Assembly (NCBI RefSeq): GCF_006345805.1
Contig: NC_043003.1
Location: 87,172,001-87,236,000, forward strand
Reading direction: 5' to 3'
DNA: 64,000 bases
Origin: Octopus sinensis
Lineage: Eukaryota
In this document: positions 21,921 to 35,350 of the stretch, in pieces
Layout of the letters: each line of letters starts with the position of its first letter
How positions within the stretch are numbered: the stretch's first letter is position 1
Translations under genes and position numbers: made by a program
The notes under the pieces: generated by a model
Database searches by the model: none
Told to the model about the DNA's origin: nothing
The model's input: the letters and a program-made list of their open reading frames with translations, nothing else

Positions 21921-23537
21921 TTTGTAGAATAAGATATTGATTCAGGGAATCATGTGGCTACCACAGAAAGTTCCTCTAATGAACTTGACTAATAGATAAC
22001 ATAGTAATCCAATACAAAAGAGTAATGCAGAGTATCCATGTAGCTGAAGTGCAGAAGATCCAGTCAGTAAAATAGTTTCATGAGGAGTATATAAGCCATA
22101 AAATGTCAAGAAGTACAAGAAGTGAATCATCATTTAACCACTTGACATCCATAGTGTTATGGTCGTGTCACAGCTTCTTTATGTAGCAATAATTACTGTG
22201 TGTTTACATGTTTGCATTAATATGCATGCTGTGCATTATACAATTATATATTCACAAATCAATGCAAATAAAGAAAGCTAGCTCATCAGATCACCCGAAC
22301 ATCATGTGTAAATCAATACTAGTATATCTATGTCGAGAAAAATACTGACAGTTTTATTAACAGTAGAATGTGTCACATCAAAGCAATGGGAGAAACTATT
22401 AACAAATGTCAGTAAATTAGTAAATATATGTATATACACAGAACAGAATCACTTGAACATGCAGGAACGTTAACAGATTAGTAGTATTAGAGTAAAATAG
22501 CCATCTGTGTATCATACTTAATGCAAATACATTGCAAAAATACAGACACAGACACACACACACACACACACACACTCACATATGTATGTATGTATATTTA
22601 TCAAAATAAAAACATGATGCAAAGGATTTAGCGGTACATATGTTTCTGGCTTTTATTAGACGGTTTATATCAATGCATAATTGATGTAATTTGTATTTTT
22701 CAGCCGTGTACAATTACCACTCCAAGGATATGTATTACATTAGTTTGGGAAAAAGACGAATTACGTTGGGGATGCAAATCCTCACAGTCGTGTATGTATG
22801 TATGTATGTATGTATGTATGTATGTATGTCATTATTCAGTTTTATATCAAGATTTCTTGCCAAAAGTGGAAGAGCTGGTTTCTAACCCAGATCCAAGGCT
22901 CTTTCATTGGAATTTCAACATCAACAGCAGGGTGTTTTTCTTTGTATATATGTATGTATATGTGCAGAGTTGTATGTTTTGTTTTATGTATGTATTCTCA
23001 TGCATGTAGTTGTATGTATATACGTAAGTGTTTTATATTTAAGTAAGTGTGACTGTGTGCATGTTCGTGTCTTCTTGTCTTGTCTTTGCATGATAGCTGT
23101 AAATTACCTTGCTTGCAAACAGGTAGATGTTGTTCCCTGAAAGACATCTGACCATAGAAAATCTGTCTCAATAAACTTCATCCAGCCCCTAAAAGCAAAA
23201 AATTTTTTGCAAAAATATCAAAACATAGAAACACTGCTTAATTTCATGATTACATGCAAACATGAGTGAGGCTTTGAGAAAGTTGTTCTTCATGGACTAG
23301 CCCTCAACAGTTAAACTTTTTATCCTACCTGAGGTGATATACTCCACGTTTTAGCTACTGCCTTTTGTCAGAGGACTTCTTAGTTCAAAATTGTTTTAGG
23401 GCTTAATAACTATGTAGAAAATAATATATTCTAAAGCTATTAACCTCGGTAATGTTTTCATCTCGTTTCAGAGAATTATCAGGAATGTGTGTGTGTGTGT
23501 GTGTGTTACCCTTGAAACCAGGAACTTTTCAGCACCA

Positions 23538-23785
23538 ACCAACCACATGGTTCCGGGTTCAGTTCCACTGCGTGGCATCTTGGGCAAGTGTCTTCTGCTA
23601 TAGTCCCGAGCTGACCAATGCCTTGTGAGTGGATTTGGTAGACGGAAACTGAAAGAATGCTCTCGGTGTCAGGGGTTGACCTGCTTTCTCTTCTGCGGGT
23701 CTTACAAATAGCAAAAGACCACGTTTCGGACTTCTCCCACTCTGGGACGAAGACCACTTCGCTCAACAAACAAACAAACAAAAAC
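23538..23785 (+). mobile_element. chimeric SINE: family A 5' part plus family C 3' tail
   Basis: Family A sequence to 23657; 23658-23770 matches the reverse complement of 49879-49960. Confidence 0.8.
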
Positions 23786-24189
23786 CAAGCAGCAGCAGCA
23801 GTAGCATCATTATGATGTCCACTTTTCCATGCTTGCATGGGTCAGACAGAATTTGGTGAAGTATATATTCTATGGCTGGATATCCTTCTTGTTGCCTATC
23901 CTCACTCATGTCAAAGTATGAGTAATATTTCTCTCAACATAGTTTTTCACAGAAGATTAGAAATGAATGACATTACATTGCAGTGACACTCATCGATAGT
24001 GACACAGCTCTGTCAAAACAAGAAGACTTCAAACACACACATATATGTTATGTTCGTGCATGTGCTTTAAAGACCTTATGTATATCTCATGGCTACAGCA
24101 TATCTGTGATTCTTGTAAGTTCTTATAGCCAGTATTGACTATAAACTAATATAGATAAGTGTTTTGAAATGATATAGTCATTTAATTTC

Positions 24190-24658
24190 TTTGCTTCTCA
24201 ACTCTGCTTGCGAAGACCTGTTGAGGCAAGTGAAATCAAAAATCAAAAATCAAAAATCAAAATCAAATTCGATGACTGGCGTCCATGCTAGCAGGATGCA
24301 AAGAACACCATACGAGTGTGATCATTGACAGAGCGGCTAACTGGCCTCCACGCCGGTGGCACGTAAAAGACACCATTCGAGCGTGATCGTTACCAGCATC
24401 GCCTTACTGGCACCTGTGCCGGTGGCATGTGTAAGAGATTTGAGTGAGGTCGTTGCCAGTACTGCCTGACTGGCACGTAAAAACACACACTACACTCTCG
24501 GAGTGGTTGGCGTTAGGAAGGGCATCCAGCTGTAGAAACTCTGCCTGATCAAGATTGAAGCCTGGTGCAGCCATCATAATTTGCCAGCCCACAGTCAAAC
24601 CGTCCAACCCATGCTAGCATGGAAAGTGGACGTTAAACGATGATGATGACGATGATGC
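24190..24658 (+). mobile_element. RTE 3'-UTR/tail fragment
   Basis: gaagacctgttgaggcaagtgaaatc..(GAT)n. Confidence 0.9.
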
Positions 24659-25750
24659 CTGTTAAAGCCACTTCATCTAATTTCTCTATAAATTCAAATG
24701 TTATTTTAACAATATCACTTATCCCACAATATTGGTTAGATTTGTCATAATCAAGATGATATTTCACCTGTTTGATACCCATTTTAAATGTTATCCGAAG
24801 ATGGTGGACTATATGTTATAATATAATCTATAGATACATCAATAAAATTCTACCAAAACAACTACCATAAATTTAAAACATAATTTGTATTCTTTTTTTA
24901 TACCTATGCCATACCTAAAACAAGTGCTGAGTTGGAGCAATGGTCTAAATTGGATTTTGTGCTTACATATGTACAGTATCCTACCAGCACCTATGTTCTT
25001 CTGATTTCAGAGAAGACTCATTCCTTAAATGATTAATTCTGCTAAAAAGAAAAGTGGATAAAGGAAACAACACCAAAATTTTAATTATATAAAATGAATA
25101 AAATATGGAATGCAGTGGGGGAGTGAATCTGTTCTTTAGTAGTGTGGAGACACATTTGAACATTTCTACGTTATTAGGACATATCAGTGAAGCATAAACT
25201 AATGCAGCATTATCTGACATTTGTACTTTTGAGGTACCCTTAAAATACATTCTATGGCTTAAGGAAGCCCTTCATAAAAATTATTACATACTTTCATTAA
25301 TCTATTTCTTTTTACCTTCATAAGAACTGACACTAAACAACAACATCTTAAATGTACATAGTATAGAAAGGAGTACAAGCTTGGAATAATGTCTTCATTA
25401 TGCTTTACCAGATGGAGATGCCATCCATAATAATATCTTTAGGACTTTCTTATTAAATGCACCACTGAAAAGTGGTTGACATTAGGAAGGGCATTCAGCC
25501 AAAGAAACCATAGCAAAGCACACACTGAAGCACAATGCAGCCCTTGCATTCATCAGGTCTTATCAAAGCAGCCAACCCATGCCATCATGGGACATGGACA
25601 TTAAAGATAGCATATATATATATATATATATATACATGTGTGTATATATACATATATACATATATATGTATATATATATATATATATTATATATATATAT
25701 ATTATATATATATATATATAATATATAATATATGTATGTATATATAATAT

Positions 25751-25806
<56 letters not shown>

Positions 25807-25846
25807 ATATTATATATAAGAAAAAAGCAACAAGAATGGATCAATA

Positions 25847-25935
25847 TTTCGGTACAATTGTTTCGTACGAAGACAGCTTTATTAAGGCTGCAAATATTGC
25901 AGTAAATATAAGTGACCCGTACTCATCAGCCGAAA
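25847..25935 (-). ncRNA. type-I hammerhead ribozyme, apparently intact
   Basis: tttcgg-CTGATGA-gtacg-[about 50 nt with two hairpins]-cgtac-GAAAC-aatt-GTA-ccgaaa; palindromic stem III ACAATTGT. Confidence 0.85.
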
Positions 25936-26538
25936 AAACATCTGAGTTCTCCAAACATCTAAGGGGGTGATGTTACACTCCTGAAACATTAGGGATAGTT
26001 CTATAAAAATAAGATTTAGGTAACAAATGGACTTCTGAAGGTTGCACAGTCATATAACGGGTTTTAAAAAAGTATTTTAAAAAACCTCATTCTCAGAAAG
26101 GTAACCAATATATCATCACACATCAGGAAACACACTTTATTATGGACTAATTATGGATAAATGCATATTCTGTGAGTATGATACCTCTCCTCATATCTCC
26201 AGAATTCAAACTTTCTTCAATATGGATGGATTTACATTTTCAATTTCATTTTCATTTTCTGGAAAACTAAGAGGTTTTTTAAAATACTTTTTTAAAATAC
26301 TTTTTTAAAATACTTTTTTAAAATACTTTTTTAAAATACCTTTTTAAAATACTTTTTTAAAATACTTTTTTAAAATACTTTTTTAAAATACTTTTTTAAA
26401 ACCCGTTATATGACTGTGCAACACTAAAAGAACTTTCAGAAGTCCATTTGTTACCTAAATCTTATTTTTATAGAACTATCCCTAATGTTTCAGGAGTGTA
26501 ACATCACCCCCTTAGATGTTTAGAGAACTCAGATGTTT

Positions 26539-26627
26539 TTTCAGCTGATGAGTACGGGTCACTTATATTTACTACAATATTTGCAGCCTTAATAAAGCTG
26601 TCTTCGTACGAAACAATTGTACCGAAA
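26539..26627 (+). ncRNA. type-I hammerhead ribozyme, inverted copy
   Basis: Same motif with one A.C mismatch in stem I and one change in the loop-II hairpin. Confidence 0.8.
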
Positions 26628-26989
26628 TATTGATCCATTCTTGTTGCTTTTTTCTTATTTATAATCACCCCGCATTATCTTATGGTTAACACCATATAGA
26701 TTTCTGGTGCATCTAAGTTAAGTACCGCATTCATGTGAATTCAACAGAACTCACTTGAATCTTAATTGCTTTACTATATATATATATGTATATATAAACA
26801 CACACACACACACAGAACCATGCTAATAGTTTAGGAGTGAAATTCAGGATTTCTCGGTTTTCTGTTAATTGATTTTGATAAAACTTTTCCCAATTGGTTT
26901 GTACACTATGGCAACACTACTATTATGCTTTCATTATTCTGTGTAACGTCCTTTCTTTTTTATTTCAGATTCTTCAGTTTTTCGGCTGT

Positions 26990-27250
26990 TCTCTAAGAAC
27001 AATGGGACATGGAAAAGGCCTTAATGATGAAGAAAAGTCTGTCATCAAGGAAAGTGATAAAGGCACTTCTCTTCATGTAATTGCGGAGAAGTTAGGTAAT
27101 CATGCAGATATGATCAGACGATTACTGAAGGACCCAAGGAAGAAACAATCTGATTGTGGGACCTCCAAGACTGTAACAGCTAGGGATTTAAGGAATATTG
27201 GCCACAAATTATGTGAGAAACCTAGATAAACAAGCAAAGCCCTTTTCACC
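26990..27250 (+). mobile_element. Tc1-like transposase N-terminal relic
   Basis: MGHGKGLNDEEKSVI..GTSLHVIAEKLG..SKTVTARDLRNI, a paired-like HTH; truncated. Confidence 0.7.
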
Positions 27251-27253
27251 ACC

Positions 27254-27835
27254 TCCCTTCGAAAATTGCTCTTAAATGTGGTTTTGGTCGTTTCGACTAC
27301 TTCTAGCATGTAAAAATTACCTGTTAAAGGTAGTTTTCTCTTGTGTTTAAATGTACACTATTTTATATTGAGAATATGTTGTCTATTGACTTTTTATACA
27401 TGCTAGGCCACTGGTAGTGAAATTTCTAAAAATATTCACCACCCTATATATTTACGAATATGATTTTAGCGTTTCGAAGATCAGTTCTGCATTTTTCATT
27501 CACTGCCTATTGAAACTGCGCTTCTGTGGTGAATTTTGAAAAATTATAACATATAATGATGAGGCACGTGTTATTTGTCCCTAATTGATATGTTAATGTT
27601 ATGGCACGGTTACTGATGAGGATTCGCCTAGCAAATTATTTTATTTGCTAAAGAAATCTGAAGCCTAGGTATAATCATAAAAAAATAACAAGGTAAAAGT
27701 TTTATTTTTCATTCCCTTCAAAAATTGCTCTTAAATGTGGTTTTAGTCGTTTTGACTGCTTATTTTCTAGCATGTAAAAATTACCTGTTAAAGGTAGTTT
27801 TCTCTTGTGGTTAAATGTGCACTATTTTATATTGA
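27254..27835. repeat. about 120-bp direct repeats (27254-27371, 27713-27835) flanking an HHR
   Basis: tcccttc.aaaattgctcttaaatgtgg..ctattttatattga occurs twice. Confidence 0.85.
27608..27676 (+). ncRNA. type-I HHR with A15.1>G
   Basis: ggtta-CTGATGA-ggatt cgcc tagcaaat tatttt atttgcta aaga aatct-GAAG-cctagg-TA-taatc. Confidence 0.6.
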
Positions 27836-27844
27836 ATATATATA

Positions 27845-27941
<97 letters not shown>

Positions 27942-28015
27942 TAGATAGATAGATAGATGGATGGATGGATGGATGGATGGATGGATGGATGGATGGATGG
28001 ATGGATAGATGGATG

Positions 28016-28081
<66 letters not shown>
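27836..28081. repeat. compound microsatellite (TA)-(GA)-(GATA)-(GATG)-(GATA)
   Basis: Directly visible. Confidence 0.95.
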
Positions 28082-28082
<1 letters not shown>

Positions 28083-29221
28083 TTATGTAGTGGATCTTGC
28101 ATGCATGAAGTGGATTTGATCCACCATAGCGAAATTTAAATTAACACTGCAACAGAATTTTTCTCTCAGTGGAACAATGGTTTTTCTCTGACAGCAGTTT
28201 TACATTTTCCAGATGCCTTTAGCTAGGCCGAAATAATGTCTTCACCACTTGCCCCTTTCTAACCTCTTCTACTTCATCAAGAGATAGAGTAGAAATAACA
28301 AGACCACCAACTAAATCTATTGTTCTCAATGATATGTCTACCCTTCTGGATAGTTATAAAAGCAAGAACCCCCCAAGCAAAAACCAAGTAGTCACTTGGC
28401 AACAACTGAGAGAGGCGGCTTGTGACAATTCAATTAATTAGGGAACAGACTGCTAGAATCATGATCACAAGGAATGACGTTACTAAAGACAATGGTCAGC
28501 GAGAAAAATGAAATTTACTATCAGCAGCTGTGAGACAACACCCTACAACTCTCACTAGCTCAAATTCTGTTCTCTTACAACATCATTCTATCTCTCTCCA
28601 CAATTACTACTAAACAATGAAAAGAACACAAACACAAACTTTACTTTGCATGCTTTTGGATTTATCATAACCTGCCTGTCGAGGCAAGGCATTGTAACAT
28701 AACAGTAAATAAATATTTCCTTACAACTTCATGCATTGTCCATCTTTCACATCTTACAACTTGCTGTCATAATAACAAATTTTTATCGTTACAACTGCTG
28801 ACTCCAACATTTCATATTATTGCTTACAAATCAATTTCTCCCGCTAGATATATATATATATAATATATAATATATTATATATTATTTATCATTTAATTGA
28901 ACACAATGCATCCATTTCCATGTAAGTTCATCTTTACCTTTTTGATGCGACTCTCTACTCTCTTCTGTTTTCTTCCTCCATCGTTCTCTAATTCCCTTTT
29001 TCTCCATCTCCCTCCTTCACCTTTGAAAGAATGAGTAGAGATGGCTTTTTTGAGGGGATAATTTTTATTTTAATCTTAATAATAATGTTTATTAAGATTA
29101 AAATAGAGATTATCCCTTCAAAACAGCGATCTCTATTCATTCTTTCAAATACATATAATACTGTACCAAGAATTTTCTTATTATTCAACTATGTATATAT
29201 ATATATATATGACAAAAACAA

Positions 29222-29265
<44 letters not shown>

Positions 29266-29634
29266 ACTTTGTTTTTGTCACATGCATATCAGCATATCAT
29301 AGCAATAACATGTTTGAACAAATTTTTTTTTAGCCTTGTAAAAGTACCACAGATAAATAAGATAGTGGAGCATTTACCAGTATAGATCTCACAGATATGA
29401 CTGCACATCCATCTTGGTTAAGTCTTACTTTTGGAGGTTAATAAAATAAATACCAGTTTGATAGTAAAACCTTTCAACTGTACACTCAGTAATTAATTGA
29501 ATAACAACCTATTTTAATTCTGTAAGTTTGTCAGAGGAAGAAGAGCAGTGCTCATATCTTTTACTAGTCCAGTAAGGCTGATAGTGTTGGGGAAAAGGAG
29601 ATGAAACTGTGAAGTTATAGTTTCAGAAATAGTA

Positions 29635-30048
29635 TACTCTTTTACTCTTTTACTTGTTTCAGTCATATGACTGCGACCATGCTGGAGCACTGCCTTTTAG
29701 TCGAGCAAATCGACCCCGGGACTTATTCTTTGTAAGCCCAGTACTTATTCTATCGGTCTCTTTTGCCGAACCGCTAAGTGACGGCGACGTAAACACACCA
29801 GCATCAGTTGTCAAGCAATGCTAGAGGGACAAACACAGACACACAAACACATACACGCACACACATATATATATATATACATATATACGACAGGCTTCTT
29901 TCAGTTTCCGTCTACCAAATCCACTCACAAGGCATTGGTCGGCCCGGGGCTATAGCAGAAGACACTTGCCCAAGATGCCACGCAGTGTGACTGGACCGGG
30001 AACCATGTGGTTGGTTAGCAAGCTACTTACCACACAGCCACTCCTGCG
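29635..30048 (-). mobile_element. SINE family A, full length
   Basis: Complete head and (aagagta) tail. Confidence 0.92.
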
Positions 30049-30568
30049 TATGTCAACAAACTGACTTATTCTTTAATCAGTGCTTTGTCCATGCACTTAT
30101 TCTTTAACCAGTGCTTTGTCCATGCACTTATAAAAGTATTAACTCTGTGTAAGGCATTTGAGACATTTGAGAACTAGCTGGTAGTATTAAACAGGATGAA
30201 TGCTTACAATGAACATTTATAGTTGTGGTTTGCTGTTCTTCATTGTATAATACAACAAACTGCATTGCTGCATGGCTTAAGAAGTTTGCTTCCCAGCCAC
30301 GTGGCTTTAGGTTCAGTCCAGCTGCATTGTATCTTTATACAATAATCCTAAGACAGCACCCAAAGCTTAGTCATGGGATTGGCAGACTGAAATTAAAAGA
30401 AGTTCATTGTGTATATGTGCGTGCATGTATGTGTGTATGTGTGTGCATGTATATATGTAATATGTGAGCAGGTGTGTGTACATGTTTGTTTGTGTTACCT
30501 TGTCTTGACATCATGTGGCTGTAAATGAGTATCACTGACGTACAAGAAGTTTCATTTGTTTCCAATAT

Positions 30569-30986
30569 TACTCTTTTACACTTTTACCTGTTTCAGTCAT
30601 TTGCCCGTGGCCATGCTGGAGCACTGCTTATAGTCGAGCAAATCGACCCCAGGACTTATTCGTTGTAAGCCAAGTACTTATTCTATCTTTTGCCGAACCG
30701 CTGAGGTACGGGGACATAAATACACCAGCATCGGTTCTCAAGCAATGTTGGGGGGGACAAACACAGACACATAAACACACACACACACATATATATATAT
30801 ATACACATGCGTATACATATATATGATGGGCTTCTTCCAGTTTCCGTCTACCAAATCCACTCACAAGGCTTTGGTCGGCCCGAGGCTATAGTAGAAGACA
30901 CTTATCCAAGGTGCCATGCAGTGTGACTGAACCCAGAACCATGTGGTTGGTAAGCAAGCTACTTACCACACAACCACTCCTGCGCC
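30569..30986 (-). mobile_element. SINE family A, full length
   Basis: As 29635-30048. Confidence 0.9.
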
Positions 30987-31636
30987 ACTTCTGCATAAAC
31001 ATGTCTGGTCATAGAGAAATATTAACTTGCATGGAAACAGATGAAGATTGTTGACAGGATGGGGCATCTGGCTACAGGAAATATGCCTCAGCAAAAACAC
31101 CATCTAATTAATTCAAGTAAGGTAAAAAGTGAACATCAAAACAATGATGATGATGATAATAGACTGTTATAAGATTCTAAGGCTTCCTGCATGCGTTCCT
31201 CAGTTTAAAAGTTCTATGCAATTTGTTATGGAATATTTGACTGCTATATTGAGTAGACTGACCATGTCCATTGAAGTTTCTATTGTTTATACTAGAATGT
31301 ACTAGTTTTAGGAAGAACAAGGCCTAGTCAAGGCTTTTGGCTAATAATGAATGTCTGTAAATTGTAAAGAATGAAACTGAATAGAAACATTCTAAAGGCA
31401 GCAAGCTTGCAAGATTGTTATCATGCTAGGCAAAATGCTCTGTGACATTATATTTGTCTTTACATTCTGAGTTCAAATTCTGCCAATTTTGACTTTGCTT
31501 TTCATCCTTTCAGGGTTGATAAAATAAGTACCAGTTGATCACTGGGGTTCAATGCAATTGACTTAGCCCCTCCCCCTGACCTTACTGGCCTTGTGCCAAA
31601 ATTTAAAACCTATACTCTTATGTGTAAATTATTAGT

Positions 31637-31880
31637 CCATCCATCCATCCATCTTCTCCGCCTACTATTCTGGGGAGCGTTGAGAGGATAGAGTACTTGG
31701 GCATTTCTTCCATAGAGTCCTGTTAGAAGCAACCACCATTTCACTTTTTGGTTGGATTCCCAAGCTTGACCAACTGAGACCATGCATATTACCCAAACAT
31801 CTCATTCATGGTCTACCACGAGGTCTCCTTCTGGTTGGCTCAATTTGAAGAATCTGTATTGTGATTATTTCTCACAACAT
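31637..31880 (-). mobile_element. Expander/REX3-like RTE 3' end with (GATG)n tail
   Basis: Minus strand LQIEPTRRRPRGRP..LSWSSLGIQP followed by gatggatgg. Confidence 0.6.
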
Positions 31881-31979
31881 TCTAATCACATATCTGTGAT
31901 AGCAGTTCAACCTGGAGAGACACCATTATCTCCAAGCTAAGCTCCCTGTCAAGTAACATCTCTCCAAAGATATACTCAA

Positions 31980-32372
31980 GCATGGTAAGAAGTTTGCTTT
32001 CCCAACTACCTGGCTCAGGTTCAGTCCCACTGCATGGCACTTGCACAAGTGTCTTTTCCAACAGCCTCAGATGAACCAAAGCTTTGTGAGTGGATTTGGT
32101 AGATGAAAACTGAAACAAGTCCATCATTTACATATACGTGTGTGTGTCTTTTTATATGTGCATATCTCCCACCATTGTTCGATAACCACTGTTGGTGAGT
32201 TTACATCCCTGTAACTAAGTGGATTGGCAAAGAGACCAATAGAATTAGTACCAGGCTTTAAAAAGTAATTAAGTACTGGGGTCGTTACAGTCAACCAAAG
32301 AAAAAAATTAAAAGGTGATGCCCCAGCATGGCCACAGTCTAATGATTGAAACAAGTGAAAAAGATAAAAGAG
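31980..32372 (+). mobile_element. SINE family A, diverged
   Basis: Head, CORE-like segment and tail recognisable. Confidence 0.85.
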
Positions 32373-32417
32373 ATAACTTTAAATGAATTAATAATTTATG
32401 CACAGATATTGTAACTC

Positions 32418-32449
<32 letters not shown>

Positions 32450-32699
32450 TATCATCATCATCATCATCATTGTCGTCGTTGTCGTCGTTATTGTCGTCGT
32501 CATCATCATCATCATCATTTTAACATCTGCTTTTCCATGCTTGTGTGGATCAAACGAGAGTATGTTGGGACATAATTTTCTACAGCTGGACACCCTTCCA
32601 AATCCTATATATTGCCAAGCAATATTTTCAAAAGTAATTTTGAAATAATAAAGTTAGTGTGTTTCAAAAGAAATAGGGTAATGAAAGGGGCTAAACAAC

Positions 32700-32872
32700 A
32701 CACAACAATAATGATGGTTTCAAATTTTGCCACAAGGAAAGCAATTTTAGGGGAGAGGATGAGTCGATTACATCGACACCAGTCTTCAACTAGCACTTAT
32801 CTTATCAACCCCGAAAGGATGAAAGGCAAAGTTGACCTCGGTGGAATTTGAACTCAGAATGTGAAGATGGAT
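32700..32872 (-). mobile_element. SINE family B fragment
   Basis: ccccgaaaggatgaaaggcaaagttgacctcggtggaatttgaactcagaatgt. Confidence 0.8.
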
Positions 32873-33429
32873 GAAAAAATTTTTGTGTCCATGCAACACA
32901 AAAATTCCCTTTCATTCAAACAAGGTGGACTATTACTTTTTCTCAACACATAAATAATTTAGACAGACTATATCTATAACTGACTTATAACTAGACATAT
33001 CATTGTTATTTTACTGCTATTTACTTTTATTATTGTTAAATATAAAGCAGGATGACAATCAACATAATACGTTTCTCATTCTAACAATAGTTTTCAATTT
33101 GATAATCTAAAGTTTTATGCGGAATGAAATCTTTTTTCAAAAGTCGTCTGAAAGAAATATGTGAGAAATATAAAGAAATTCAGGGAAGTTATAGGAATTT
33201 TATATTATATTCATGGGAATATGTTGTACACATATGTATATGTCTATGTATGTGTGTGTGAATGTGCGTGTGGGGGGTGGGGTGCATGAGTGTATTGATT
33301 GTGTATTTTCATTTGTATCAAAAAATATTAAAAGTTTTACACTGTTTATATTTACTGAAATTACAGAAGCCAGATGCAATTTTTGCAAAATTTTATATCT
33401 ATGAATTAAACACACACATGCTCGTATAC

Positions 33430-34262
33430 ATCATCATCATTGTCGTCGTCGTTTAACGTTTGTTTTCCATGCTAGCATGGGTTGGACAGTTTTACCAGGG
33501 TCTGGGAAGCTGGGAGGCTGCACCAGGATCCAGTCTGATCTGGCAGTGTTTCTACAGCTGGATGCCCTTCCTAACACCAACTACTCCATGAGTGTAGAGG
33601 GTGCTTTTTATGTGCCACCGGCACAGGTGCCAGGGGAGGCTGGCAACAGCCACAATCGGTTGGTGCTTTTTACATGCCATCAGCATGGAAGCCAGTCAAG
33701 GTGGCGCTGGCATCGGCTACATTCTGATGGTGCTTTTTATGTGCCACCAGCACAGGTATCACAACTACAATTTCCATTTGATTTTTATTTTGATATTGAT
33801 GTACTTGACTCAGTAGGTCTCCTCGTGCACAGCAGGTCACCCTACAATCCAAGGTAAGTACAGCAGGCGGTCTTGCAATCCAAAGTACTTTGGGTGGGCT
33901 GGGGCTGCTATGTGAAGCTGGTGCAGGAAACAGCTATGAACTCACATTATTTGTCGGGTCTTCACAGTCACAGCATATCTCCAGAAGTCTAGGTCTTTCG
34001 TCATTGCCTCTGTGAGGCCCAACGTTCGAAGGTCATGCTTGGCCACCTCATCCCATATCTTTCTGGGTCAACCTCTACTCTGGATTCCTTCAACTGTTGG
34101 GGAGTGGCACTTCTTTCAACAGCTCTCCTCATCCATCTGTAGTACATGACCATACTAGCCCAAACATCTCTCTTGCATGCCACATCCAATGCTTCTTACA
34201 TTCAGCATTTCTCTCAGGGCGCTTACACTCTGTCGTGTGTGCACTCTGACATTACACATCCA
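33430..34262 (-). mobile_element. RTE 3' portion (C-terminal ORF plus tail)
   Basis: ORF 34001..34189 resembles the C-terminus of 46519..47484. Confidence 0.85.
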
Positions 34263-34264
34263 TG

Positions 34265-34617
34265 TGCTTGGCTTGTGAGATCTCCAAACCTCATCGTGTG
34301 TGATTTTTTTCTTGTGGGGATCTGTAAAAGATTACGTTTATGTTCCACTGTACTCACTAACCTCAATAACCTTAAACATCGAGTAACAACAGCGGTCAAC
34401 TCAGTGGATCATGATATAATGATACATGTCAGGGAGGAATTCTCTTATTGCATTGATGTTGCCCATGTTGCAGGTGGTGGCCACATCGAACACTTGTAAG
34501 ACAAGAAATAAAAGTTGATTGTGAGTAAATACTTGTGACTTAGCTGGAGTTTTCTATTGCTTTTTCCAATTAAAATATTGCGTAATGAAATCGGTTCATT
34601 CTTTTTGAATAACCCTA
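34265..34617 (+). mobile_element. maT/DD37D-like transposon 3' end
   Basis: WLVRSPNLIVCDFFL..LKHRVTTAVNSV..AGGGHIEHL*; ends tgaataaccct. Confidence 0.8.
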
Positions 34618-34755
34618 TATATACATATATATATATAAATAGATGAGTGTATTTTTACCTTGTTAACAATTAACACGGAATATCAGTGGAATTTTCGAAA
34701 CATGTGTCGAAAGTAAAAATATTTGATTATACCTGCGTTAAACTCCATTTATTTA

Positions 34756-34799
<44 letters not shown>

Positions 34800-34870
34800 C
34801 ATACATACATACATACATACATACATACATACACGTGCATACACATACGTGCGCATGCATACGCACACAT

Positions 34871-34906
<36 letters not shown>

Positions 34907-35269
34907 CACACACACACACACACACACCACACACACACACACACACAGCTTGAGATATGTGCTTCTAAGACTCAGGACTTATGAATTGTTCTTGAATATT
35001 TTATTGGCTATTACTTCCTCCTAGAGGAACATGTTTGCTCAAACAAAGTTGATCGGGGTTAACACAACAGCAAATAACAAACAGAATGACATAAAACTTT
35101 AAAACACAATTTGCTTAAAACAAGAGAGAAGAGAAAGAGGTGAGGAGTGATGTCATGATGTCATGGTTGTTTGGAATAAATAGCTGACATTACTGGTGTC
35201 AATCATTCTAACTGGAATTACAGCTTACATATCACCAGGCAAAGTGGTTACCCAGCACACACACACACA

Positions 35270-35350
<81 letters not shown>

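Larger units (their letters stand above)
25816..26658. repeat. 843-bp palindrome (PLE-type inverted arms, about 270 bp) with a 13-bp tandem expansion at 26281-26400
   Basis: 25816-26087 mirrors 26271-26658, with (aaaatactttttt)n and a short insertion in the right arm. Confidence 0.95.

Noticed and set aside
22240-22300. minus-strand CTGATGAG with a distant aattgta
   Set aside because: No stem I or II pairing.
24966-25250. possible minus-strand host exon(s) (ORF 24981..25250; acceptor tttcttttta g near 25041)
   Set aside because: No recognisable protein and no convincing acceptor/donor pair; needs RNA-seq.
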